Shown here piece after piece: positions 20,974 to 30,365 of a stretch of DNA of 64,000 nucleotides (position 1 is the first letter of the stretch; each line of letters begins with the position of its first letter). Both the position numbers and the translations under genes were made by a program. Below the pieces are notes generated by a model. It saw only the letters and a program-made list of their open reading frames with translations. It was not told where the DNA came from and made no database searches. This DNA is from a candidate division WOR-3 bacterium (GTDB lineage Bacteria > Hydrothermota > Hydrothermia > LBFQ01), in the NCBI GenBank assembly GCA_039802605.1, contig JBDRWW010000002.1, positions 245,613 to 309,612 on the forward strand, written 5' to 3'.

Positions 20974-22296
20974 TCACCTCCTTATAACCTTATAAACCCT
21001 ATTCCCGCGCTTAACCATATAAACCCCCTTTGGAAGATTGCTAATATCTTTACCAACCAGCCTACCCTCAACATTATAAACCTCGGCTTCTTCTCCTTTT
21101 ACACTAAGATTTTCCGAAACCTTTAAATATGGTATTGGGGCGTAGGCAAACCATATATGCCAGTAGTTCCTACCTCCGGAGACTATCCTATTATCCGACC
21201 AAACCACATAAACATTGTTGCCATCCGCCCAAGCGTCTATGTAGTGCCCCGGCCAACAGTCGTTTGTGTAATCAACACCGCTAACGCCACCGCATCCGCT
21301 CCTATCGACAAATGGAAAATATGTATCCGAAACCCTTATTGGAGAAGACCAAGAGTTGCCGCCATCGGTTGAGTATGAGTAGTACAAGCCCCATAAACCG
21401 GTTCCCGCACTGTTATCGTACCAAAATGCGTGCAAACCTCCATAAGGATCTGCCGCCAGAGCGGGCATATATTCCGCAACGGAAGGGGGATTTGATGTTA
21501 TCCTTACGGGGGATGACCAGGTTGCGCCTCCGTTTGTTGATTTAACGAACTCAACCTTCAAGTTGCTCAAAGAACCCGCCATATAGATTATACCTATGTT
21601 TCCCTTACCCCACCCAACGGGTTGATAACCAGCGGGATAGGGGTTTGGGGCTATATCGGGGGTCATACACGCGGCATTTGTTGGGGAAGACCATGTGGCA
21701 CCGTTTGTGCTCCTTGAAACATAGAGGTATATGCAAGAACCGCTTGATCTCCACCAAACGGCATAAAACAGGGAGTCGTCGGATGCCGCCATGGGAACAC
21801 CCCCGGTTGAATAAACCGCAGCCCTGCTCCAAGTGGCACCGTTATTATAAGAGTAAGCGGAATAAATCGTAGAAGATGTGCAATAGTTGGAGTAAATTAT
21901 AACCGCTGTATCGTTCCTTACGGCTATCCAGGGGTGATCCGTTGATGAGCAGTTTCCGGCATTTATGGCGGAGCTCCAAGTTAGGCCTCCATCCGTGGAA
22001 CGCATATAATATGTGTAATAATTACCCAACCAAACGAGATGAACGGTATTACCCCAAATCCTAACAACGGGGTCGCAACAGGCCGGTCCGGGATCGCCGA
22101 AGTGTGCCCCCCATGTTAGTCCTCCATCGTGCGTTATGGAGAAGGCGTTTTCTCCCGTTATATCCATATCTATCCACCCCGAACCGCCGAGGCTATACAT
22201 AACCGCACCCGAAACCTCGGCATGGCTTGTGTTATCGGGGTAATCATCCACGCGCACATTGACAAAAGGGTAATCGTTTAAAATTATTAAGAACAT
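20974..22296 (-). CDS. BNR/Asp-box beta-propeller (sialidase-like) secreted protein with T9SS-type C-terminal domain
   Basis: Six Asp-boxes (THDGGLTW, STDGGLTW, SYNNGATW, STNGATW, STNGGATW, STDGGNSW); C-terminal VYNVEGRLV...LPKGVYMVK; start at ATG 22296, 7 nt after TATAAT. Confidence 0.8.
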   Translation of the reverse strand: MFLIILNDYPFVNVRVDDYPDNTSHAEVSGAVMYSLGGSGWIDMDITGENAFSITHDGGLTWGAHFGDPGPACCDPVVRIWGNTVHLVWLGNYYTYYMRSTDGGLTWSSAINAGNCSSTDHPWIAVRNDTAVIIYSNYCTSSTIYSAYSYNNGATWSRAAVYSTGGVPMAASDDSLFYAVWWRSSGSCIYLYVSRSTNGATWSSPTNAACMTPDIAPNPYPAGYQPVGWGKGNIGIIYMAGSLSNLKVEFVKSTNGGATWSSPVRITSNPPSVAEYMPALAADPYGGLHAFWYDNSAGTGLWGLYYSYSTDGGNSWSSPIRVSDTYFPFVDRSGCGGVSGVDYTNDCWPGHYIDAWADGNNVYVVWSDNRIVSGGRNYWHIWFAYAPIPYLKVSENLSVKGEEAEVYNVEGRLVGKDISNLPKGVYMVKRGNRVYKVIRR

Positions 22297-22349
22297 ATTG
22301 GGTATTATAAGGCTGAGAAACAAAACTCTGGCAACCTTAAAATAGCGGT

Positions 22350-23456
22350 TTGAAACGATGGGCGTTTTTGATAATTTTTCTTGGATGTTCTGCAAATTTT
22401 AACACCTTGGAGGGGCCCGAAAACCAAAGGGATATAAGGGTGGAATTTAAAGACATTGTGGTGAAAAAGGGCGATGTTTTTGGAGAAATTGTCAATAATT
22501 TGGATTTCCTACCACAAAAGGGCGAAATTGTAAAGTGGTTCTCCGATAGCGTAAGGATTTTAAACATATACGACACGATAAGGTTTGTTTTCATAAACGA
22601 CACCCTAAGCAGGTTGGAAATAAGGAAGTTAAAGGGAATATACGAGTATGACTTTTCTACGGGCAGCGGGCGGTTTATAAAAAGGTTTAAGGAATACATT
22701 CCAAAAACCGTCCAATTGGTTATAAATACGAGTTTGTGGGATGCTTTCCTAAACGAAAACCTACCCCTGGAATTGTTTGTTGAGATTACCGATATATTCG
22801 CTTGGGATATTGACTTCTCATCCGAAACCCAAAGCGGTGATACTTTGAGGATGGTTTATTCGGATGCGGGAATAGTGTATTATGCCGAGTATATAGGGAA
22901 AACAACGGGTAGAAGGGTGGCCGTTAGGTTTAGGGGGGAGTATTACGACGATAAGGGCAACAATATACGCAGGATGTTCTTAAAATCACCATTAAAATCC
23001 TATGTTATAACATCCGGTTTTGGCATAAGATTTCACCCCATTTTGAGGGAATACAGGCCCCATCATGGCGTTGATTACGCCGCACCTTATGGTTCTCCGG
23101 TTCATACCGTGGCAAGCGGTAGGGTTGTGTTTGCCGGTTGGAAGGGCGGGTATGGTAAGACGGTTATAATAAAACATACAAATGGATATCAAACCCTTTA
23201 CGGCCACCTGTCAAGGATATATGTCAAAACCGGGCAAGTCGTGGAGCAAGGGGATGTAATAGGTGCCGTGGGTTCAACTGGGCTATCAACAGGCCCACAT
23301 CTACATTTTGAAATAAGACAACACGGGAAACTCATGAACCCCCTACGGATAAAATCCGAGCCTTTAAAACCCCTTCCGGAAGAATTAAAACCCGAGTTCT
23401 TTGCCCTATTGAGGGAATACCAAGATATGATAAATGGCTACATCGTATCAAGATAA
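22350..23456 (+). CDS. M23 family metallopeptidase (MepM-like), lipoprotein
   Basis: HHGVDYAA, YGHLS, STGPHLHFE; lipobox-like FLGC. Confidence 0.9.
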   Translation: MKRWAFLIIFLGCSANFNTLEGPENQRDIRVEFKDIVVKKGDVFGEIVNNLDFLPQKGEIVKWFSDSVRILNIYDTIRFVFINDTLSRLEIRKLKGIYEYDFSTGSGRFIKRFKEYIPKTVQLVINTSLWDAFLNENLPLELFVEITDIFAWDIDFSSETQSGDTLRMVYSDAGIVYYAEYIGKTTGRRVAVRFRGEYYDDKGNNIRRMFLKSPLKSYVITSGFGIRFHPILREYRPHHGVDYAAPYGSPVHTVASGRVVFAGWKGGYGKTVIIKHTNGYQTLYGHLSRIYVKTGQVVEQGDVIGAVGSTGLSTGPHLHFEIRQHGKLMNPLRIKSEPLKPLPEELKPEFFALLREYQDMINGYIVSR

Positions 23457-24024
23457 ACACAGAAAAATTTTAAAACCCTTTGCAATTTTCTTGGCAAAAA
23501 CCGGAATACATCCCAACTTTATAACCCTGCTCTCCTTTATGCTTACATCAAGCGGAATCGTATGGATAATTTTAAAAAAACCCCTTATAGCCTTTCTTTG
23601 GTTTTTAATAACCGCACCCTTAGATGCGGTTGATGGCTATGTTGCGAGGATATCGGGGAAAACAAGCAAGTTTGGCGCATTTTTGGATTCAACCCTTGAC
23701 AGGGTAAGCGATTCCTTAATATTTTTATCCCTGATGTACGTTTTCAGAGGGGACAAAATTCTTTTCCCTTTATTGTCTATTTCCCTAATATCTTCGTATT
23801 TGATAAGTTATACCCGCGCGAGGGTTGAAGGTCTTGGGGGGGAATTAAAAGAGGGCCTTATGAGTAGGTATCCGAGGTTCTTCGGTTTCTTGATTTTGAT
23901 TTTGATCTGGGAATTTCTCGGAATTTTGTGGTTTAAATATACCCTTTCAATATACGCTTTGCTTTTGATTTTTACGGTTCTACAAAGGATATTCTTGGCT
24001 TATAGAAAACTTCAATACAAATAA
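23434..24024 (+). CDS. CDP-alcohol phosphatidyltransferase
   Basis: PNFIT; DAVDGYVAR...FGAFLDSTLDR; SYTRAR. Confidence 0.9.
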   Translation: MATSYQDKHRKILKPFAIFLAKTGIHPNFITLLSFMLTSSGIVWIILKKPLIAFLWFLITAPLDAVDGYVARISGKTSKFGAFLDSTLDRVSDSLIFLSLMYVFRGDKILFPLLSISLISSYLISYTRARVEGLGGELKEGLMSRYPRFFGFLILILIWEFLGILWFKYTLSIYALLLIFTVLQRIFLAYRKLQYK

Positions 24025-24052
24025 TCTCTTCCGGCTTTAAAATATCCAAACT

Positions 24053-25879
24053 ATGGTGGGGATAATTTTGTCCGCGGTTCAAAGTTTGAGCTTTAAAGCG
24101 GTTGGGGATATTTCCCCAAAGAGTATATACGGTCCAGACCCCTACGGGTACATAGCCATCACATCCGATGACACATCCTCAATGCGCCCCACATGGAATT
24201 GGGTTGATAAATCCTCCGATCCCTCAACGGTATATCTAACAATGTCCGATGACGACATACAGGGGCCTTTCCCGATAGGATTTACTTTCCCCTATTACTG
24301 GTATTCGGTTTCCCAGTTTTACATACACTCAAACGGTGCAATAGGTTTTCGTTCCGGTCCTTTCTGGACGCCTCACGACAATTTTATACCCAATGCCGCA
24401 TTACCCAACGATATAGTAGTAGGCCTTGGCGCGGACTTAAACCCCTCTTGTGGGGGAAGAATATACTACTGGACAAACGGCACGGACTCCCTAGTCGTTA
24501 CATTTGATAGCGTTCCCACATGGTGGAGCGGTACGGATTGCAACGGTGCCCACACATTCCAGATAATCCTTACGGCGGATGGAAATATCACATTTAACTA
24601 CGGACCGCAAATAGGCGGATACGATTACGGTATAGGTCAGGTCGGAATATCCATAGGAATTGAATCCGTTTTGGGTAATCCGGGATTGAGCGTTCATGAG
24701 GATGGAACCCCTACAACTTCGCAACCGAGGGATTCCTTTGCAATAAAGATTTACAGGCCGGATTCGACGACTTTCAGGATTGCGGATGCTTCGGCTCACT
24801 CCATATTCGGGAACGAAACTAACCATGTGTTAAACGCCGGAATATTCATAGCGTATAACAGGGAAACCGCCTTTATTCCGGAAATAAAAGTTGAAAATGT
24901 GGGAACGGACACTCTTTACAATACTTGGGCAAAGCTTGTAATACGCAGGAGATTTTCGGGATCCATCTCATACAGGGATTCCGTATTGATACCCACAATT
25001 TCACCGGGTTCCGTTGTATCTCAAACCCTAACACCTATAAACTTCTCCACATTTGCAAGGGACTTTTATACTGCAATTCTAACCGTTTCCAACTCCTCGG
25101 ATGCTAATACCACAAACAACACGCAAAGGGTTGAAATCAGGCTATACCATTGGACAAATCCCGATACACTTTATTGGTTTAACTGGAACAATTTGGCAAC
25201 TGGTAATCTCGTTTTCACGAGGTGGCTTGGAGCCGGTGGTGGATGGGCACAAAGATTTGATCCAAGGCATTACCCCTTCCAAATTGACTCCGCCTGGTTG
25301 GTGGTTGCCGGATGTTTATCCGCAGATCCCGCATGTACGGGTCCAATAAACACACCGATGTTTATAGCATCCGATACCAACGGGACCGTTGGAACATGGT
25401 TATACGCCGATACATTACCCGTTTCAAGGGATTCTGCAAAGATATACACCTTAATACCGCCCACCCCATTGGTTGTTAATAGGCCCTTCTTCGTGGGTTA
25501 CATTCAGCCCGATAGCCTTGGCCCTTCTGTTGGTATGGATACATCAAAACCCGTTTCAAGGCAAACCTTTGAATCAACCGACGGTGTAAGTTGGGCACCT
25601 TATAGGGATATGGAAACCTCGGATTTTGCATTTGTTGTATGGGGTAAATCCCTAGAATCCACATCTATAAGCGAAGGGAAATCCACAAAACCCACAGATA
25701 TACACATATCCAAGGATGGTGTAATAACCCTCTCCGGTAAGACCCATGTTAAGGTTTATAGCGTATCCGGGAGGGTTGTGTTTGAAGGCGAAACCGAAAA
25801 GGTCTCATTAAAGGGTTATCCGCGGGGTTTGTATTTTGTAAAGGTCGGAAATAGGCTTATAAGGTTTGTTAAAAAATAA
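24053..25879 (+). CDS. Secreted protein with T9SS-type C-terminal sorting domain
   Basis: GPDPYGY and PIGFTFPYY (nidogen-like) region, CARDB-like segment, C-terminal VYSVSGRVV...RGLYFVKV. Confidence 0.75.
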   Translation: MVGIILSAVQSLSFKAVGDISPKSIYGPDPYGYIAITSDDTSSMRPTWNWVDKSSDPSTVYLTMSDDDIQGPFPIGFTFPYYWYSVSQFYIHSNGAIGFRSGPFWTPHDNFIPNAALPNDIVVGLGADLNPSCGGRIYYWTNGTDSLVVTFDSVPTWWSGTDCNGAHTFQIILTADGNITFNYGPQIGGYDYGIGQVGISIGIESVLGNPGLSVHEDGTPTTSQPRDSFAIKIYRPDSTTFRIADASAHSIFGNETNHVLNAGIFIAYNRETAFIPEIKVENVGTDTLYNTWAKLVIRRRFSGSISYRDSVLIPTISPGSVVSQTLTPINFSTFARDFYTAILTVSNSSDANTTNNTQRVEIRLYHWTNPDTLYWFNWNNLATGNLVFTRWLGAGGGWAQRFDPRHYPFQIDSAWLVVAGCLSADPACTGPINTPMFIASDTNGTVGTWLYADTLPVSRDSAKIYTLIPPTPLVVNRPFFVGYIQPDSLGPSVGMDTSKPVSRQTFESTDGVSWAPYRDMETSDFAFVVWGKSLESTSISEGKSTKPTDIHISKDGVITLSGKTHVKVYSVSGRVVFEGETEKVSLKGYPRGLYFVKVGNRLIRFVKK

Positions 25880-25884
25880 ACCGT

Positions 25885-25906
25885 AGGGGGCCTTGCGCCC
25901 CCTTTT
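25885..25906 (+). terminator. Probable intrinsic terminator
   Basis: AGGGGGC-CTTGC-GCCCCCT hairpin followed by TTT, just after the 24053-25879 stop. Confidence 0.55.
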
Positions 25907-25910
25907 CCCC

Positions 25911-26735
25911 ATGAAAAGGTTCTTAGTTTTAGTGTTTTTTATTACCTGCAAGGACATAAGTTTTCCCAACGATTTAAAGCCATTATACATAAGCGCCCAA
26001 TTGGTTGTAGGGGATACCGTTCAGTATGTTTTCGTTGATATGCCAAGAAAACCCGAGGAGCCCCGGGGTAAGGGGTTTAACGATGCATATGTTGAGGTTT
26101 CGGATGGTGAAACCACATATGTTTTTACACCCGAACTAACCGTAATAGATATTATCTGGGAATTCCAATCGGGAAGGGGAAAGGACACCATATGGCTTTA
26201 CAAAGCCAAGTTTTCGCCAAAACCACTTAAAACTTATTATCTAACCGTTATAAGGGGTAAAGATACGGCAAGAGCCCAAACAACAACGCCGGATACATTT
26301 TCCTTTGTTCTAATTAAGATAAACCCCGACAGCACGTTTACATTTATAAACGATACCGTCAGATTACCGCAAGACTCCTCCGTCTTGGCAATATGGAAAA
26401 AAGTAAATGGGGCATATTTTTACTATTCATATGTTTATAACTACGATAAGAGGGATAGCCTCTTGGACTACAACCCAAATAGGTATATCTTTGTACCGGT
26501 GCTTGACAGCGCCTTAATAGGAGGTATAGCCGATAGTTTAAGGGGGTTTCCACCTTTTGCCTTTTATAAAGATCCCACATTTGATTGGGGAAATGGTAAT
26601 TATGCAATAAAGGTTTGGGCTTTAAACCGCGATAGGCATTTATGGGGTTTTTATGGGGAGGGGAATATTAACAACGCGGAGGGTGTATTCGGTGCGGTTT
26701 CCCAGTATATGAAGGTTGTGTATGTCAGGTTTTAA
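25911..26735 (+). CDS. Lipoprotein, DUF4249-like
   Basis: MKRFLVLVFFITC lipoprotein signal; C-terminal GNINNAEGVFGA. Confidence 0.7.
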   Translation: MKRFLVLVFFITCKDISFPNDLKPLYISAQLVVGDTVQYVFVDMPRKPEEPRGKGFNDAYVEVSDGETTYVFTPELTVIDIIWEFQSGRGKDTIWLYKAKFSPKPLKTYYLTVIRGKDTARAQTTTPDTFSFVLIKINPDSTFTFINDTVRLPQDSSVLAIWKKVNGAYFYYSYVYNYDKRDSLLDYNPNRYIFVPVLDSALIGGIADSLRGFPPFAFYKDPTFDWGNGNYAIKVWALNRDRHLWGFYGEGNINNAEGVFGAVSQYMKVVYVRF

Positions 26736-27846
26736 CTTAAATGTAGAGATAAACCGATTGAAGAAAAGGATAAGGGAAAAGCCGGATGTGGAAAGTTTAA
26801 AAACCCTCCTCAGGTACTTGGCGGCCGAGGGTTTAATAAGGGAAATTCCAAAGTATTTGAAAATATGGAGGGAAAGCCTTCCATTGGACGAAATTTTTTA
26901 TACCTTTTTGGGATTGTACTATGCAAGGACTTTAAAGGTAGGGAAACTTAAAGGGATTTGGAAAAAGATACCTAATGAATACAAAGCGGTAATCTTGATG
27001 TCCTACGGATATCCGGAAAAGGCTTTGAAATTAACTTCCGACGAATACACAAAGGCCAGCTGCTATTACCTTATGGGTAAAGATTATGAATTGGATAAAC
27101 CGTTGGATGATGCGAACAGGGTTATATACAACAACATATTGGGTGCGAAATATACATTATCCGGTGAGTTTGAGAAGGCAATAAATGTTTCGGAGGAAAA
27201 CTTCCATTTAGCGGTATCCATGGGAATGTACGGTCCCGCCATAAATTCTTACATTTCAAAGGGTATTGTTGAGTGCGATACCGTGCCCCTTATATTTGCG
27301 AGTTTGGTGTCAAAACACCTCGGGGATAGGTACAACTACATAAAGACTGGAATATATATCAGGTTTTTTAAAGGGCTTAGGGTAAGGCTAAAGGGTGATA
27401 CGGCTAAAATAAGATATTTCCGAGTTTTGAATGATTTGGCCTCCGGAAAGGATGGGGTTTATTCCTTAATAGGATTGAAGAACCTCTTTTGGTATTTGAA
27501 TAAGCGTAAAACCGGGGAAATGTATTTAAGTTTTGCCGGAAAGTTGAAGTTAATGAAAGGGAAAGGGGAAATGAAGGAAAGGAAAAAAACGCTTATAGTT
27601 TTGGCGTTTATGAAGGCTTTTAATAACGACGCCGATAAGGTTAAAAAATACGCGCACCTTATATTTCCGGAAAGTTTTTCCCCAAAAAGGAGGTTAGGCG
27701 AGTATATTTCAAGGGCAAGGGCGTATATTGGCGTTGATACGGATGCCTTCATAACTTTAAGATTCGGAAACTTTTTAAGGGATGAGGTTGGTGAATGGAA
27801 AAACATAATCCTCCATAGAATGAAAACCTATGTTGGAGAACATTAA
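26722..27846 (+). CDS. TPR-like protein with C-terminal SARP/OmpR-type winged-helix-like domain
   Basis: Helical repeats; C-terminal LSFAGKLKL...KKTLIVLAFM...LIFPE...LGEYISRAR pattern. Confidence 0.55.
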   Translation: MSGFNLNVEINRLKKRIREKPDVESLKTLLRYLAAEGLIREIPKYLKIWRESLPLDEIFYTFLGLYYARTLKVGKLKGIWKKIPNEYKAVILMSYGYPEKALKLTSDEYTKASCYYLMGKDYELDKPLDDANRVIYNNILGAKYTLSGEFEKAINVSEENFHLAVSMGMYGPAINSYISKGIVECDTVPLIFASLVSKHLGDRYNYIKTGIYIRFFKGLRVRLKGDTAKIRYFRVLNDLASGKDGVYSLIGLKNLFWYLNKRKTGEMYLSFAGKLKLMKGKGEMKERKKTLIVLAFMKAFNNDADKVKKYAHLIFPESFSPKRRLGEYISRARAYIGVDTDAFITLRFGNFLRDEVGEWKNIILHRMKTYVGEH

Positions 27847-28804
27847 AAAATTTCCCGACCAATTAAGATACGATCCGCAAATTGAAGGGGATTTGTTTGA
27901 ATATACTTATGGTAAGGTGTTTGTTGCGGGTATGGGCGGTTCGGGTGCGGTGGCGGATTTCTTAGTCGATTGGTTGGATAAAGAGATAATACCCGTAAAG
28001 GGGTACAATTTGCCGGGTTTTGCCGTTGAGGGGGATTTGGTAATACTCATAAGTTATTCCGGGAATACAGAGGAAACCGTTTCCGTTTTTGAGGAGGTTT
28101 TAAAGAAGGGTTTGAAGTGTATATGCATATCATCGGGCGGTAAATTGATGGAATTGTCCTTAAACGAGGGATTTCCCTTTTTAAAGGTTCCCGAAGGGTA
28201 TCAACCAAGGGAGGCTTACGGATTTTTAATATCGGCATCCGTAAAGGCTTTGAAATCCGTAGGGTATATAGATGAGAAAGGCTATAAAGAATTCTTGGAA
28301 TCCCGTGAAAGGTTAGGCGGATACATTTCGGAGTTATCCTATGAAAATTCCGAAACATACGAAATTGCATCAAAGATATACAAGAGGCTACCCTTTATAT
28401 ATTCGCAGTTTCAATCCGTAGCGGTTAGGTGGAAAAATCAGATAAACGAAAACGCCAATAACTTTGCACATGTTTCCCTTTTTCCGGAACACAACCACAA
28501 CGAGATTGAGGGGTTTGATTTCCCCGAATTTATTAAGGATAAATCTTGGATAATATTTCTGAGGACGGACTACGATCATCCGAGGGTGAAGCTGAGAATG
28601 GATATAGTTAAGGAGATTTTAAGGGATAATGTTGTGGGGTTCTCGGAGATATGGGCAAAGGGGGAAAGCAAGGTGGAACAACTGCTTTATCTAATTTGGT
28701 ATGGGGATTTTGTCAGTTATTGGCTCGCATTACAAAATTCAACCGACCCCTATAGGATAGATAGGATTAAAACCCTTAAAAACGCATTGGGGGATAACCG
28801 ATAA
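27830..28804 (+). CDS. Bifunctional phosphoglucose/phosphomannose isomerase
   Basis: GMGGSG, SYSGNTEET, QPR, RWKNQINENA, PEHNHNEIEG. Confidence 0.92.
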   Translation: MLENIKKFPDQLRYDPQIEGDLFEYTYGKVFVAGMGGSGAVADFLVDWLDKEIIPVKGYNLPGFAVEGDLVILISYSGNTEETVSVFEEVLKKGLKCICISSGGKLMELSLNEGFPFLKVPEGYQPREAYGFLISASVKALKSVGYIDEKGYKEFLESRERLGGYISELSYENSETYEIASKIYKRLPFIYSQFQSVAVRWKNQINENANNFAHVSLFPEHNHNEIEGFDFPEFIKDKSWIIFLRTDYDHPRVKLRMDIVKEILRDNVVGFSEIWAKGESKVEQLLYLIWYGDFVSYWLALQNSTDPYRIDRIKTLKNALGDNR

Positions 28805-28830
28805 ATTAAACCCCAGTAAAATATCCACTC

Positions 28831-28903
28831 GGGCGGTTAGCTCAGCGGTGAGAGCACCGGTCTTACAAACCGGGGGTCGGAGGTTCGAATCCTCCACCGC
28901 CCA
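28831..28903 (+). tRNA. tRNA-Val (anticodon TAC), CCA not encoded
   Basis: GGGCGGT/ACCGCCC acceptor stem, CCGGT-CT TAC AA-ACCGG anticodon arm, GGTTCGAATCC T-arm. Confidence 0.96.
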
Positions 28904-28904
28904 T

Positions 28905-29186
28905 TTGGTAGGCGATATTGTAATAAAAATTGACGAGAAAGCGGTAGAATTTATAAAAGAAAAGGGTGGAAGGGTTTGGGTTAAAATCGTTTGCATAAGT
29001 GGATGTTGCGGATTGGAGGGGTTTGAACCCCAATTCTCGTTTAATGAGGAAAGTGGGGATTGGGTTGAGTACGATTACGATGGTATAAAGGTCTATCTGC
29101 ATCCGAGCATTTTAAGGTTTAGGAAATTGGTTATAGGGCTTCAAAAGGTTTTTGGGTTTAAGAGTTTAATGGGATATGTCGCTTAG
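28905..29186 (+). CDS. HesB-like CC/Se-motif family small protein
   Basis: IKIDEKAVEFIKEKGG...CISGCCG...DGIKVY; the first in-frame start outside the tRNA is TTG 28905. Confidence 0.65.
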   Translation: MVGDIVIKIDEKAVEFIKEKGGRVWVKIVCISGCCGLEGFEPQFSFNEESGDWVEYDYDGIKVYLHPSILRFRKLVIGLQKVFGFKSLMGYVA

Positions 29187-30365
29187 CCTTTTTGCCACAA
29201 TGCCCACGCATATCATTAAGGGTGCTATGTGGATGTAGTATATAAGGATTGTTGTTGTCAGGGAAGTTATTAAAAAGGATGTAAAGAGCAGTAATGTGAA
29301 AAAGGCAAAATCATCCTTCCTGAGAACCCCTTTTAAAACAATCGCAAAGGAGTATATTAAAAGGGCAAGATATATAGTAAAACCAAAAATGCCCATTTTC
29401 CAAAGCACGGTAATAAAAGAGCTATCAACAAAATTCACGATTTTTCCTTCTATCCACCTCGTCAGCATATCAAATTCCGTTTGCCCAAAAAAGGGACTTA
29501 GATAAAACCTTTGGAAAGCCAAAGAGTAGTCGTAAATCCTTATTTGCGCCGCGGGGTCGTATATGGTTTCGGAAGGGGTAAAAAGCGTTGAGATTCTCAA
29601 AAAAACATATATTAAAAACGCATATCCAAACATCGCGTATCCCATACCCAAACCCAACAAACCGGTTATGGAAAGGGTTCCAAATGCGTTTATGATATAA
29701 CTTTTAATACTTTTACCCTTAAAAGCCGCATATATAAAAATTAAAGCGGTTAAAACGCCTAAGGATATATAGTTTGTCCTATTTCCGAACAAAACAATGC
29801 AAACCAACGAAATAAACGCCGCAAGAAAATACAAAATCTTCCTTATCCCACTTTTTTCCTCGGACATCAAATAAACGGAAATCGCAAATATGAAGGGCGT
29901 ATAGAACACATTCCTATAACCAAACCGAAATGTGGGGTTATACTCTTTGAAAATATCAACTATGATTTCTAAAAGTATAAACACGCTTGAAGCCATAAAA
30001 ATAAAGGGTAAAACTTTGGGAACCTCCCTTTTATCCGCAAATATTCCGAGGAAATAGGAAGCAAACAAAAAAGGTATAAACCTGTGCTCGTCCAATCTTA
30101 GGGTTTTTTCCAAACCAAGGGCGCTTATGATGGAAAGTATATATGTCATCAGGAACGCGATTACCAAATAATTTAAAATGTTATCCCCCTTGGGTAAAGG
30201 TAAAAATGCCAAGTTCCAAAAAATGCCAAAAAATACGATAAATATAATAAAATAAACCACCAAAACCGCTCTATATCCGAAAACCTCGGAGGGATGGGGG
30301 TTTATTAAGGCCAAAAATAATACGGTTAAGGGTATTAAGTTTTCAATTCGTCGTAAGTTCCCCAT
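29166..30365 (-). CDS. O-antigen ligase/polymerase-like membrane protein
   Basis: Multi-TM; GNRT, IR...SPFFG, DSSF..LWKMGIFG; start inferred at ATG 30365. Confidence 0.65.
   Translation of the reverse strand: MGNLRRIENLIPLTVLFLALINPHPSEVFGYRAVLVVYFIIFIVFFGIFWNLAFLPLPKGDNILNYLVIAFLMTYILSIISALGLEKTLRLDEHRFIPFLFASYFLGIFADKREVPKVLPFIFMASSVFILLEIIVDIFKEYNPTFRFGYRNVFYTPFIFAISVYLMSEEKSGIRKILYFLAAFISLVCIVLFGNRTNYISLGVLTALIFIYAAFKGKSIKSYIINAFGTLSITGLLGLGMGYAMFGYAFLIYVFLRISTLFTPSETIYDPAAQIRIYDYSLAFQRFYLSPFFGQTEFDMLTRWIEGKIVNFVDSSFITVLWKMGIFGFTIYLALLIYSFAIVLKGVLRKDDFAFFTLLLFTSFLITSLTTTILIYYIHIAPLMICVGIVAKRLSDISH

Noticed and set aside
28739..29102. ORFs overlapping tRNA-Val, including the 28848 start
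   Set aside because: They translate the tRNA sequence; only the frame from 28905 looks coding
28905..29186. Selenoprotein form of the CC/Se-motif protein
   Set aside because: Both motif codons are Cys (TGT TGC); no in-frame TGA
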